Part shown: positions 11,316-24,049 of the stretch, in pieces
Position numbering within the stretch: position 1 is the stretch's first letter
Layout of the letters: every line of letters begins with the position of its first letter
NCBI GenBank assembly: GCA_023920165.1
Contig: CP089275.1
Location: forward strand, 5,456,001-5,520,000
Origin: Curvularia clavata
Taxonomy: Eukaryota
Direction: 5' to 3'
DNA length: 64,000 bases
Position numbers and translations under genes: made by a program
Notes under the pieces: model-generated
Database searches by the model: none
The model's input: the letters and a program-made list of their open reading frames with translations, nothing else
Told to the model about the DNA's origin: nothing

Positions 11316-12932
11316 TCACCTCCCGAACTGCTTAAGTTCCCACATTCTGAGCGGCGGATACACAACAGCAGCCCATGCAAAACCGACGAAGTTACCCATC
11401 TAGAACGTGTCAGCATGTCACTGGAGTTTGAACAGGTAGTTTTCACATACATCAGCGCCGTAGGTTCCAACTTGCTTGGCAATAGGTCCAATGTACCACA
11501 CCTGTGCCATGCACAGAATAGCTCCAACCCAGCCAACAACAAAGGCAGCGAATGCTGCAATACCCAGTGGCAGCTTCTTCCTATCATTCCACACTTCCCA
11601 GTTGAAACCAATCTTCCGTCGAAAGATCACATGTTCCTCTAGAATAATGGCAATCCAGATCGACACCCAGTAGCCCATGAGGGCGAGGAAATTGGTAAAG
11701 ATTTCTGCGAGATGAGCACGTCCTGCAAGTGCACAAACCGTAAAGATGATGACTCCGACTGTATTCCAGATGACTCTTGGTATTGAGCCAGCGTAACGAC
11801 CGAGGATTTGGGCATCGATTCCAGATGAGTATGTGGGGAAGATGAGGTTGGCGACGAGACCCAAGGCCACAATCACACCGCAAAAGGAGCCAAATGCACC
11901 AAGAGGTCTGTATCCTTCCACGATAAGAGCGCCCTGGGACACTCCGTAAGCTGCTTCCCAGTCTGCATTGTTTGCCATGCCAGACGCCAGACCGATGCCA
12001 AGGACGAAAGCGAACGTAAAACTGCACATCAGACCAACCATTGTCATGCCAAAGATGCTCAAGGAAGAAGCATGCTCAGGGTAGTAAACAAAGTAATCTG
12101 CTGCACCACCGCCGTATGTAATGGCTGCCGCAAGCGAAAGGCCAAAAAAGCTCATGCGATTGCCAACAATGGTGTTTGGATCTTCATCGCCATGGGACTT
12201 GGACGACACATCGAACTTTGGCCCTGCCACACCAGCTAAGATGCAGAGAACGATGAGCTGCGGCAACCACGCCCAGCGCTCGTAGTAGTGAAAGATCTGG
12301 TACCCGAACGTCGTGACAGCCCACGATATAACCGCTACAATGATGATGCCAACTACAACTGACATAGAGTTGTTCGAGACAGCGGAAAGAATCTGGCCAG
12401 CCACCACGCAGTCGATCATTCCGTATCCGAGGAGAACAATGATGTTGAGCAATACGATGATCTTGGACGGCCACCATCCGGTAATATACCGGGAGAAGAT
12501 CAAAGTCCGGTTGCCGCTTTTTGGCCCGAATGTGGCTATGTAGGCGACAACGAGACATCCAACCATTGCGCCGAAGACGCTCAGCAAGCAGGCGTCTGTG
12601 AAACCAAGGGAAAACACAGCCGGTCCTAGCATGCCCAGCGTGATGTTGTTAGCAGCCAGGTTGACACTAAACCACATGACCGCCACCTGCGAATACCCTA
12701 GAAGACGCAAATCATGTCGTTCCTCCGGCTCGACGCGCTGGATGCCGCGGGCTTCGAGATTGTACGCTACTAGCTGTCTCTCAAACGCCTTGCAGGAGTC
12801 TTGCCATCGTGCATAGCGCAGGTCGTCTTGGCGCTCTACATCGTGAATGCTGGACGTCGTCAATGGCGGCTCGGTTCCCGCGCGGGGCGCATCCGATATT
12901 TTCTTATTTTGCGGCTCTGCGACGTCGTCCAT
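11316..12932 (-). CDS. NCS1-family purine-cytosine permease (Fcy2/FcyB/Tpn1-like)
   Basis: LEARGIQRVEPEER, WFSVNL, FGPKSGNRT, ADYFVYYP, NFLALMGYWVSIWIAIILEEH, LCMAQVWYIGPIA; intron 11400-11450; ends ...YPPLRMWELKQFGR; many hydrophobic segments. Confidence 0.9.
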
Positions 12933-13833
12933 GGTACAGGCCTAGAGCTATTAGCAGCAGTCTCCCATCTGGGGGGAGAGGGAGCGCAAAGCATGAGGTC
13001 CTTTTCGCAGGCTTTAACCTGATCAAGTTCAGACCGTATATCTCAGATCGCTGCCAACGAAGTGGCGAGCGAACACCGGTCTCATGCGTTGTGTGTGCTA
13101 CTTAACGTTACCTTGATCGGGCGGGCGTTCTGCTACTCGGCGAGTTCATGGCTGGCGGTGCCGTACTTTAGATTGAACGTGGAGATTCTGAACGTGGTAC
13201 AGAGAGCGTAATGGAGAGAATGTTGAAGATGCAGCTGGCTCAGGAACGACGATCCTGGTGGGGTCATTATAATAATTATCAGGAGAACCCCCACGTGCAC
13301 CGCCCGCAAATCCCTGCGGAACTCCCGCGTGCTAACTACATCCTAGTTCAACGAGACGTAATTGTGGCGTGCAGCTGTTATCGTTCCGTTGCTTCGTATT
13401 CTCGTCGCAGTCAATGCATCAAGCTGGCCACTAGACGTTCAGTTAACGATGGCTTGCCCCGCGTAGGTGTGTTCAAACCAGCCAGCCTCTCTGCAGCTTA
13501 AACCTTATGACAATAGCACGGCACTACCTATGTATGTGACCAGTACTAACGCCCACATACGCTCTCCACTATTCTGTACGCGTTCCTTGTCACCTGCTTT
13601 TTCAAGGTTAGCTAATGCTACGCCGGTCTCCTCACTCCGCATTTTCGGATCGGTCTGCAATCGATTCAAGGTTGTTGCATGATAGACCTAGAGACAAAGG
13701 TAGTGGTCGGGTGCGACTCCGATATAGAGCCTAGCGTATGTAGCTTTGTAAATGACAACTGATGTATTTATCGAGGTGGCTTCGCCTTGTTGGATCTTGC
13801 AATTGACAGAACTATTTCCTTGTCGTCTTTATC

Positions 13834-15700
13834 ATGGTGCGGGTAAAGACCTTTCTCGTAGCCGCTGGGCTGATGCCGGCTTTGACTTGCGCCGTGCCAA
13901 TGGTTCACGGTCGCGATGCAAACAGTACATGCAGGAAAACAAAAGTAGCAATCATGTGTGTTGAATCGGCTTTTCCAAACGGATCCAGAAACTGATGTTA
14001 TCCAGAGGCGGTGGTGTTGCCGGTATCACAGCAGCTGTGAGTATATCTAGATAGCCGCTTGTTTCCTCCGACTACACATCTTCCGTGTCCAGCCATATAC
14101 CAAAAACCTAACGTCTCTTCAGCAAGCTCTATCCAACCAGTCTGTCACCGACTTCCTCATTCTCGAGTACCAGGACCACATTGGCGGCCGCATGCTCAAC
14201 GCCAACTTCGGCTCCGACCCCGATGGCAACCCGTACACCATCGAACTCGGCGCAAACTGGATCTCTGGTCTCGGAGAAAACACCAAGAACGGCCCGGAAA
14301 ACCCAGTCTGGACTTTTTCAAAGCAGGTGAACCTGACAAGCCCAAATTCCGATGCTTTTTCCATTGCGACGTATAATGAAACCGGAGCGGTTGATTATAC
14401 GGGCATCCTGAATGAATTCGAGGAATACTGGACGGAGTTTGAGCAAAATGCCGGGACGATACTTTCGCAAAATCTGCAGGACCGAAGTGCTAGGGCCGGG
14501 TTTTGGCAGGCGGGTTGGAGGCCGAAAAGTGATCCTGCACGGAAGGCGGTCGAGTATTATCTCTGGGATTGGGAGACTGCACAAGTAAGCGTTCAGGGTG
14601 GCTTCTGGGCCTTATACATTGGCTAATATGTATTTGTAACATAGACACCCGAAGAGTCAGGCTTTGTATACGGCATCACAGGATGGAACTTGACATACTA
14701 TGGATTCTCCGAAGTCAGCAACTGTAGGTTCCTATTCAGATTCCTGGGTGAGAGACTTTTTGATTTTAACGACTTTGCAGTTTGCGCTGACCCACGTGGC
14801 TTCAATACATGGCTCAAACACCAGGCCTCCAAATTCCTTAAGCCCAACGACCCCCGTCTTCTCCTCAACACCATAGTGACAAATATCACCTACTCGGACA
14901 CCGGCGTCCAAGTTCTTACATCTGACGGCTCCTGCGTAGAAGCTGACTACGCCATTTCCACCGTCTCTCTCGGGGTCCTACAAAACGACGTCATCACCTT
15001 TGAGCCCGAGCTCCCAGATTGGAAACAATCTGCCATTGCCACCTTCGCATTCGGAACGTATACGAAGATATTCTTCCAGTTCAATGAGACATTCTGGCCA
15101 GATGACAAGCAATTTCTTCTCTACGCCGATCCCACGACGCGCGGCTACTGGACCGTTTGGCAGAGTCTATCCACAGAAGGCTATCTTCCAGGCTCCAACA
15201 TTATTTTTGCTACATTGGTGGACGAGCAGTCGTATCGTGTCGAGGCACAGGATGACGAGACGACAAAGGCCGAAGGAATGGCTGTTCTCCGAAAAATGTT
15301 CCCCAATGTCACTATTCCGGAACCAATAGCGTTCATGTACCCACGCTGGACTGAGAAGCCGTGGGCTCACGGCTCCTACTCGAACTGGCCCGTCGGCACG
15401 ACCCTCGAGACGCATCAGAATCTGCGTGCAAATGTTGGGAGATTGTTCTTCGCGGGAGAGGCTATGAGTACAGAGTACTGGGGCTTCCTACACGGAGCAT
15501 GGTTTGAGGGGCGTGAAGTGGGAGAACGTATTGCAGGGCAGATTACCACAGAGTGCGTCAATGTTGCCAGCGGATGCGGAGACCTCAATCGTTATGAGGT
15601 GCTGCATGGTACAACAGAGTTCTGGGAGGTTAATGCGTTTAACGGCATGAGGACAAGCCCGTTTTTTATCGCTGATCCCGGAGATGAGGAGGCTGCTTGA
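13834..15700 (+). CDS. Secreted flavin-containing polyamine oxidase (amine oxidase family)
   Basis: Signal peptide MVRVKTFLVAAGLMPALTCA; FAD motif VAIIGGGVAGITAA; IGGR, ELGANWI, YTKIF, GSYSNWP, FFAGEA, GFLHGAWFEG. Introns 13956-14005, 14037-14122, 14585-14644, 14724-14780. Confidence 0.92.
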
Positions 15701-15795
15701 AGATGGGACAGTGGAATCTAATGAAATCAAGTCTTTTTAGCTTGTAGTAATGACATATGCAACCGCTTAGTGTATCACCTACCGTATCTTTCCTA

Positions 15796-16953
15796 TTATT
15801 CAGGGTCTGGTTTGAGATCAACATCCGCCCATATCGGCACATGGTCACTTGGCCCTCGTTCCTCCTCGCTGTTCATAATCCCACAAGCAATGACACACCC
15901 CTTTTCCCATAACTTCCGCCCAGCAATGAAGCAGTCGACCCTATCACAGCTAGTTCCACATTCCCTATTACGTGGATAGTATGTATACCTTCTCTCTTCT
16001 CCGTGCATCTTTCTCCAGATATCGACGCCGTTCAGTCCGGCACGTTTCTTTTCTTGGCCACTATCCTCAAGCAAATTGGCATGAAAATCTGCACGGTTGA
16101 CTACATGTTCCTGAGGAAACACTCTCAACTTGGGATACCCATCACGCTCGTCAGGGGCAACATTCATGTCACCAGCAAGCAGCACATCCCAGCCCTGACC
16201 CTCCAACTTCTTACACTCCTTCATCAACAAACGATGGAATTCTCGCTTGCGGTCGTGTCGCGTACCCCGCACAGCGCCAGTGCGTGTATCGCGGTACAAG
16301 TTATCTGTTCCATTCACAGCGTAGATATTGAAGACGGCGAGTTTCGCTGGTGTGCTTCGACATTTGATTTCTACAACGGAGATTCTGCCTTCAAGGTCCC
16401 AGTGGACTGTTCGCACCGCAATTTCATATGCATCGTGTAAATCGTGACGCAGGATGCTGCAGACTCCATATACCTTTCCGCTTCCCCGTGGACCGCGCGC
16501 GTTGTGGGGGTCGGTGGGAAGCGTGAAATGCACGTTGTACAGTGGACCTTTGGCACCATCTGAGACAGATTCCAGAGGCAAACGCGAGTTGACAGCTGTT
16601 CTCACTGCGTCTTGTGTTACCGTGTCCTTGGATGCGATTTTCACTTCCTGAAGGAAAAGCATAGATGGCCATTGGTGGCGGTGGAGGAAAGCCCGGAGTG
16701 AGGCAGAAGGAACTTGGCCCTTTGCATCCTTCCTTTTATTTTCTTTCATAGCACTGAAGAACGAAGTGATAGGTGGCTGAAGAAAGGGAGAGATTCCATT
16801 AATGTTCCAGGAGAAAACTCGCAACGCGTTTGCTGCCAGTGGTGGGAGGACTGCAGGGTTCGGGGTTGGACGCATTCCCTCAGAACTTGCCGACACTGGA
16901 GGTGTTGAGATCTTGCGTCGCTTGGTCGCTGGAGGACTGATATCGCGATTCAT
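15796..16953 (-). CDS. ExoIII/AP-endonuclease-like EEP (DNase I-like) nuclease
   Basis: Intronless 385 aa; SWNINGI, LQEVK, NIYAVNG, GDMNVAP, YTYY, DRVD and SDHVPI motifs; N-terminal NLS-like PATKRRK. Confidence 0.9.
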   Translation of the reverse strand: MNRDISPPATKRRKISTPPVSASSEGMRPTPNPAVLPPLAANALRVFSWNINGISPFLQPPITSFFSAMKENKRKDAKGQVPSASLRAFLHRHQWPSMLFLQEVKIASKDTVTQDAVRTAVNSRLPLESVSDGAKGPLYNVHFTLPTDPHNARGPRGSGKVYGVCSILRHDLHDAYEIAVRTVHWDLEGRISVVEIKCRSTPAKLAVFNIYAVNGTDNLYRDTRTGAVRGTRHDRKREFHRLLMKECKKLEGQGWDVLLAGDMNVAPDERDGYPKLRVFPQEHVVNRADFHANLLEDSGQEKKRAGLNGVDIWRKMHGEERRYTYYPRNRECGTSCDRVDCFIAGRKLWEKGCVIACGIMNSEEERGPSDHVPIWADVDLKPDPE

Positions 16954-17226
16954 TATCCTACATCAGCATTCCAAAAGCTGCAACCAACTCCAGGCATCTA
17001 AGAATGTACGTGACGTCATTTTGATCCAACACGCGCTGCAAGACATTTCTCAGGGACAATCGATCGCGCGTACACGTGGTCGGAACGGGACGCGTCAATC
17101 AGTATCCCGTTTGGGAAATGATCGGCCCCTCCATTCATTGACCCCTCCTGTTTCAGCCACCACTATAATAACCCAAATCTCCACTTCCTCAGCCACACTC
17201 CCGTTACGCTTCCCAATTCCTATATC

Positions 17227-18238
17227 ATGTCCTACCAACGCAAGAAGAGCCTCCTTATCGGCATAAACTATGTCGGCAGCAACCATGAACTACGCGGCTG
17301 TCACTCCGACGTGGACAGCATGGCAGAGTTCCTATCCTACCGTGGCTATAACAATTCTCACAAGGACCGTGTCATCCTGACCGACCGCCCTGAAGTTCCT
17401 CCTGATTCTCCCTACTTCCCAACCGGCCATAATATCATCGCAGCCATGGACTGGCTGGTCTCGGAACCCGGTTGCACTCTATTCCTGCACTACTCCGGCC
17501 ACGGTGGGCAAGTCGCGGACACGGACGGAAACCGAACAACAGGCCTGGACGCATCCATTGTTCCCGTTGACTTTGAACAAAGAGGTCAGATTTCGAGTAC
17601 CATTCTTCACCAGCATCTGGTCACCCGCATGGCACGTGATTGTACGCTCTTTGTAATCATGGACTGCTGCCACTCTGGCAGTGCACTTGAACTCCCCTAT
17701 GTTTATCGTTCCGACAGTGACGGCCAGATCAGTCTAATGGACAATCTGAAGACGGGTATCCATCTTGCAGAAGAGGCCCGTGATGTCATCTCTGGCGGCT
17801 TTTCCTTTGACAAGATTGGCGAGGCACAGCATCTTCTTGCCGGTGCCAGTAGCTTTTTCAAAGGTCTCAGGCACTTTGGCGAGGAGCAAGAGGAAGGTCT
17901 GGAGTCTGGCGAGTTTGCGGGACAATATGGCAGCGAGCAGAAGATGGTTACCATGTTCTCTGGCTGCATGGATTCCCAGACCAGTGCTGATGCGCGGATT
18001 AACGGGCGCGCAACCGGAGCTATGACTTGGGCGTTTTTGGAAATGATGAGAAGCACCGATCGCCCGAGTTACGCTGAGGTACCTATTCAATGCTTTTGAG
18101 CTTACGGAGTATCTTGCTAACGACATGCAGACACTGAAACGCACGAGGCAGCTGCTGGATCAGAGCAACTATACCCAAATTCCCCAGCTGAGCTGTGGCT
18201 TGGACATTGATCTGGATGACATGACCTTGGTACTGTAA
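17227..18238 (+). CDS. Metacaspase (peptidase C14B) without the N-terminal Pro/Gln prodomain
   Basis: KKSLLIGINY, LRGCHSD, catalytic HYSGHG and DCCHSG, FSGCMDSQTSADA, GAMTWAF; intron 18079-18130; YTQIPQLS near the end. Confidence 0.93.
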
Positions 18239-19139
18239 ACTCCGTTGGAGATTGCACGTAACGTATCTGGCACCAATTGGACTTGTACAGATACAACATC
18301 TATAAACTCCGACTAGATCTAGACCTACAAATATCTAGCGATATACAGCATCTTGGCCTCTTGTGCATGCACTTGTGCCTTCTTCAAATCGATAAGACTG
18401 CGCTTTGCCACCGACATGACCAAATGTCAAGCAGAATTGTTGTGACGCTGGGGCAGGTTTGCAAACAAGCACGCAGTAGTCAGAAATGGCCATCATACAA
18501 TAAATCAACTTTCAGTCCCTGTACTCTTCTCACCGCGTGTCCATATACTTGTTCAGATAGCGGCTCCTTACTGCAATTGGGCGTTCCCGATTCGCGATTT
18601 TGCGTTGAAGGCTGTACGGGTGGTTAGCAGATTATTGGAGGAAGAGGAGAAGCTTGTACACGCGAGTGAAGAGAGTAAAGGGTGTAAGAAACACCGCGGT
18701 AGAAGGCCCGTACGAGATGTTACTCGGAGAGAAGATTACTATTAAGTTAGAATAGGTATGGACTACACATCCGTAGGAATTGACACAGGTTGTTATGGAT
18801 CAGCTTCATTCCCTCGGATCCCAACAAGTTTCGAAGAATACATTTAGATTCCTTTATAGCATAACGTTTACTTTACTTATAAAACTCAAAACTCACATGA
18901 TTTTCAGATGGCATAGGTATGAGGCGCAGAACAAAAAAGAAAGAAAAAAACGACATATATGCAAAAGGTATACCCCCAATATTTGAATAGAAATAGCCCA
19001 TTGCACACCATAAACACCTACTCCTGCTGCTCCTTTTTTCCCAAATGTCATGAGGAGTGAGAATGACGGGGGCAGAAACAAACGCCTCTCGAATGCAACT
19101 CATTCACCAGCCGCTAAATGCCAGAGGGGCAAAGAATTT

Positions 19140-21164
19140 CTAATCCTTGGCAACTTCGGCTCTAACTTCGCCTTTGACGTTTTCAGCGTCGCGTTCTGCT
19201 TCGCCTTCTTCCTTTGCGGCAGCAGTTTCCTCCTTGTCGTCCGTTTCTGCCATTTCTACGTCACCCGCGGGAGCTGATGTGGGTGCCATTGCAGCAGGCA
19301 CTTCAGTGGGCGGTGACTCTGGTGGGGTTACGACACCTGCAGGAGATGGTTCCCGCTCAGGTGCGGCAGCAGGGGCAGCAGTGGTAGTCTCAGAAGTGGC
19401 TGGAGGATCAGTGGGAGCTGCGGTCTCAGTGGCAGGCTCCGTTTTGAGCTCAGGCTCAGGAGCAGACTCTGGTGCAGCCTCGGGGGCAGGTTCAGGGCCA
19501 GACTCAGGAACCGGCGCATCCATATCGACATCGCCGTCGTTATCCACCTCCTTTTCAGCGGCAGCGGGAGTTTGCGTGCGCGATTTTGCGCCCGCAGAAG
19601 GTTGCCGGGTTGAAACTGCGCTTCCGCCGTTGATATCTTCCATGAGATCCAGGGCGTCGGCGGGTGCTGCATTGGGGTTGGGGAAGTCAGAGATGTTTCG
19701 CCTCTTCTTGACACCGGGCTGGGTGCGGACTCCGAGGCTGTTCTTATACTCCTCATCGTCGCTTGCATCGTAAAGCTCGCCGTCGTGTTCAATCTGCTTG
19801 TCGCGTTGGCGTTGTGTCACGCGCACATCTCGGTTCTCATCCGCATCCAGATCGTCATCTTCATCTTCGGCGTCAGAGTCCATACCACGGTTTAGGGCTG
19901 TTGGTACATCTGGAATTGTCGTAAAAGCTTCAACCGATGGCCTTCCTGTTCTCCGAATGTTCTCAATCACAGCGGACTTGATCTTGTGCAGGTAATCGTG
20001 AGAGTTCGCGTTTTCCATGTTTGATGGTCGAACGTCCAGCTCGTAGTCGGGAGCAAAGTACTCGTAGTAGTCGTTGAAAGGGAGCTGCTTCGACATCTTT
20101 TGCGACACAAGTTCTCCAGTTTCGTATGCCCAGGTACGCGCGACATTCCTCATGGTGTAGCCTCCACCTCCGAGGACGATGACTGGCACACCGAAGCTCT
20201 TGACGTATCTCACGCAGTTCGCGTGTCCGTCCATACTCAAATTGAAACAACCGAGTCTGTCTCCTGAAAGACTGTCGCCACCGCATTGGAGGACAATGGC
20301 TTCAGGTCCATAGTAAGTCATGACTGCCTCGATCACAGGCTCAAAGATGTTCCTGTAGGTCTCATCGGTGATACCGTCTCGCAGGGGGAAGTTGACAGAG
20401 TAGTTCTTGCCGGCGCCGACACCAATGTCGCGAAGTTCGCCAGTACCAGGGAAATACTCTCCGTACTTATGGAAAGAGACGGTCATGACGCGATCGGTGG
20501 TGTAGAAAGCCTCTTCGACGCCGTCTCCGTGGTGGACATCGATATCGATGTAGAGGACGCGCTGTTTATACCTGAGCAATTCGATGATGCCCAGTACAAT
20601 GTCGTTGACGTAGCAGAATCCACTGGCCTCGCTCTTCTTCGCGTGGTGCAGACCACCGGCCCAGTTGACTGCGACATCGCATTTCCCTCGGTTCAAGCGA
20701 GCAGCACCCTCCATTGTACCGCCCGCGCTAATACCGCAAAACTCAAAAAGACCATCAAAGACTGGACAATCGTCTCCGACATTGTATTTGCTTTGCTCGC
20801 GAGTAAATTGCTCCATGTTGTCTGGCGTCACTTTGTGGAGGAACTCAATGTATTCGTCCGTGTGGAACTGCGTCATCTCGTACTTGGAGGCGGGTTTCGC
20901 GCGCTGGACCCTGTCAGAGGTGATACTGAGAAATCGCAATCAGGGAACACCTACGTAAATCTCCATCTTCGTATACAGACCATAATTCATAATCAGACTA
21001 TGCGCCATGCGTATGCGATGCGGCTTCATGGGATGCCCCGCGACATAGGCATAGTTGCCGACGTCCGAATCGTAAAAGTACGCAACCTTCTTTGGCTGCG
21101 ACGCGGTTCCGTTATTGCTGTGGACAGCGCCCGTTGGGGCTGCCATATCATTTCCATCCACCAT
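19140..21164 (-). CDS. RPD3: Class I histone deacetylase Rpd3/RpdA
   Basis: [67 protein letters not shown]; intron 20904-20954; acidic Pro/Ala C-terminal tail. Confidence 0.97.
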
Positions 21165-21610
21165 GTTTGCGGTGGCTGCGCGCAAGGACGTGAGGATATG
21201 GCGGTGATAAGTCTAGTTTCGAGGTTATACAGCGGTTTCTGACCGTAGGTTACAGTCCGCAGTGCGTATGACGGTCTGTCGGATCCTCAGGACTGAGTCG
21301 CCGGGAAAAGTGGAGGGGTCTTGAGGACAAGAGATGGGGGAGCTTTGAACAAAGGCGCCGGCATGGAGCATTCGAGTTGCGCCAGGGTACCCCTGCTTAG
21401 CGCCGGTTCCGGAATAACATCATCGCCGGATGTGGCAGTAGTATGGCAGTCGCGCAGTTACGTGAAGCTCCGAGCATCGATAGCTTCATCATCCCGGCGC
21501 CGCCACTCCTCCAAAACAACCACGTCACTTGCTCAGTTCGGACATTTCAGTCTCTACATCAAACCCTTTGAATAAACCCGGAAAACAAAGCTGTTCACGA
21601 GAACCCCACC

Positions 21611-22738
21611 ATGGACCGGTTAAGCAGAATGCTCGCCGCCGCTCAAGGCATGGGCGGTATGGGAGGACCCCAGGCCGACACCAACCTCATCGATAACTCG
21701 GAAACCGTGTACATCTCTTCTCTCGCACTGCTCAAGATGCTACGGCACGGTCGGGCAGGTGTACCTATGGAAGTCATGGGCCTGATGCTGGGAGAGTTCG
21801 TCGACGACTACACAGTACGAGTAGTGGACGTATTCGCAATGCCGCAGTCAGGAACCGGTGTGTCCGTCGAAGCAGTAGATCCCGTCTTCCAGACCAAGAT
21901 GATGGACATGCTCCGACAAACAGGAAGGTACGCAGCTAGGCATTGAGCGTTTGATACCGCCACGCGCGCCTACACAGTACACTGGTCGCTGACAAACGCA
22001 GGCAAGAAACCGTCGTCGGCTGGTACCACTCACATCCCGGATTTGGCTGCTGGCTATCATCCGTCGACATCAACACACAGCAGTCATTCGAGCAGCTCAC
22101 ACCGCGCGCCGTAGCCGTCGTCGTTGACCCCATCCAGTCGGTCAAGGGCAAAGTCGTCATCGATGCCTTCCGCCTAATCAACCCGCAAACGCTCATGATG
22201 GGCCACGAGCCCCGCCAAACCACATCCAACGTCGGCCACCTCAACAAGCCCTCAATTCAGGCCCTCATTCACGGCTTGAACCGCCACTATTACTCGATCG
22301 GTATCAACTACCGCAAGACGGCATTGGAGGAGAACATGCTGATGAATCTTCACAAGCACGTCTGGACTGAGGCGCTGCTCATGGATGACTTCAAGAGCGA
22401 GGGCGAGCGCAATGTAGATAGGCTGCAGAAGCTAGTCACACTGGCAGATGGCTACGAGAAGCGGGTGAAGGAAGAGACAGAGTTGACAAAGGAGCAACTC
22501 AAGACACGATATGTCGGAAAGGTGGATCCAAAGAAGCGTACGTATATTTCTGTCAGGTGTTTTGGTTTTGTACTAACAACCGGTTTCAGACATTTCCGAC
22601 GTCGGTCAACAACTCATCGAAGACAACATTGTATCTGTATCGCGGCAAATGATCGACAAGGAGGCGTCGGTGCCCAAGCCCAGCGCGCGACAAAGTGGTC
22701 ACGCCAACGGTGGCGACGATGTCGAGATGGACGAGTAA
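21611..22738 (+). CDS. RPN11: 26S proteasome lid deubiquitinase Rpn11
   Basis: [35 protein letters not shown] motif [19 protein letters not shown]; introns 21928-22001 and 22538-22589. Confidence 0.97.
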
Positions 22739-24049
22739 AGGTGGCAGTCTAAAGGACACAATGTGCTGTGCCATATAGTTAGTGGCGGGGTTGCGGGGCC
22801 ATGAATGTGAGCAAGACTCACACAGGGTAGCCGGGAGAAGCATACGACACGGTAATGCATAGAGCACGAGACAATGATACTATACACGTCTTCTTTTTTG
22901 GTGCCATAAGAGTGTTGTGAATAGATCTGGGGCAGGATTGATTCGATCCCAAGTCATTGATTATCAGCCATTTGCCAGTGAAACACCCATTCCTCACACC
23001 CTATAACCATATCTTCCACGTCAAAGAAATGAAAGAGAAGATAACATATCATTATTTTTTTTTCCCTACGCCCTCTGCGAACTATACAACTCCTAGTTAA
23101 TCATTTTCCTCTTCGAAGCCTTTTTTACATTTTTATCGCTACAACCATTCAAGTAACCACACCTATTCCTTCCCTGCCCACATCACGTCCCACCCCTCAC
23201 ACGCGCAGACAGTTAAGAAAACACTCGAGACAACATCAACTTCGGTTAACCCTACATGTCCTTGCTCATCATCATCATCCTTCTCCTCCAGCTACACTTC
23301 GTTGGCTCCCCCATGCGCGCGTGCGTAAGCTATCTTTGGTATATGTGTAAAAACAAACAAACTAAAAAAAAGGCAGACATGAAACATCAACATGAGCAGA
23401 CATGAGCAAAAAAAACATGAGCGACGATTAACATGGACACAATAGCCACCCATCCTGTCCCCGAATCCGAATCTGTGTATACAAATGTGGTGTTGTTCTC
23501 TCTTTTTTTTTCTTCCTTGTGTTTCCCCGGTGACGGAGGTGTGCGGAGCAAAGAGAGAGACAGAGAGAGAGAGGAAGTGAGGGAAAAGCATAAGCCTCGC
23601 CAATATCTCGTTCGTGATGACTTGTGACTGGAAAGAACGTGTTTTCTTTTTCTTGGTTGTGGTTGTTGTGTTCTTTTCATGGGCGTTGTGTAAAAAAAAA
23701 GACGTACGTATAACAGACATCCATCCGATGAGGGCATTCTTTGTGAAACTCCAGTTGCGAAAAAAAAGGTTTAGTGGCATCTATTTGGAGTGGAAATGAC
23801 GGAGAGAGAGGGTGTGCGTATGAGGGAGAGAGTGGGAGATGATATGTGACTGAGCTTCTGTTTCCAAGAACAGGGGGGACTTGCGATTTCGTTTCCCAAG
23901 TAAAGAGAATGCACATGGCGACTGTCAGAGACAAGGTCCTTTTACGGTCACGACTGGACCAGAGAGTGTCTTGGCAGTGCTCGTTGATGCAACAGTGTAT
24001 AGCCACTTATTTCAGTAGCTACATCTCAGTAGAACAATGGCCGACCGGA

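Noticed and set aside
13707..13722. TCGG-N8-CCGA as a UaY purine-regulator site
   Set aside because: UaY spacing is N6; single occurrence.
20286..21242. 318-aa + strand ORF
   Set aside because: Antisense shadow of RPD3, explained by codon bias; no recognisable motifs.
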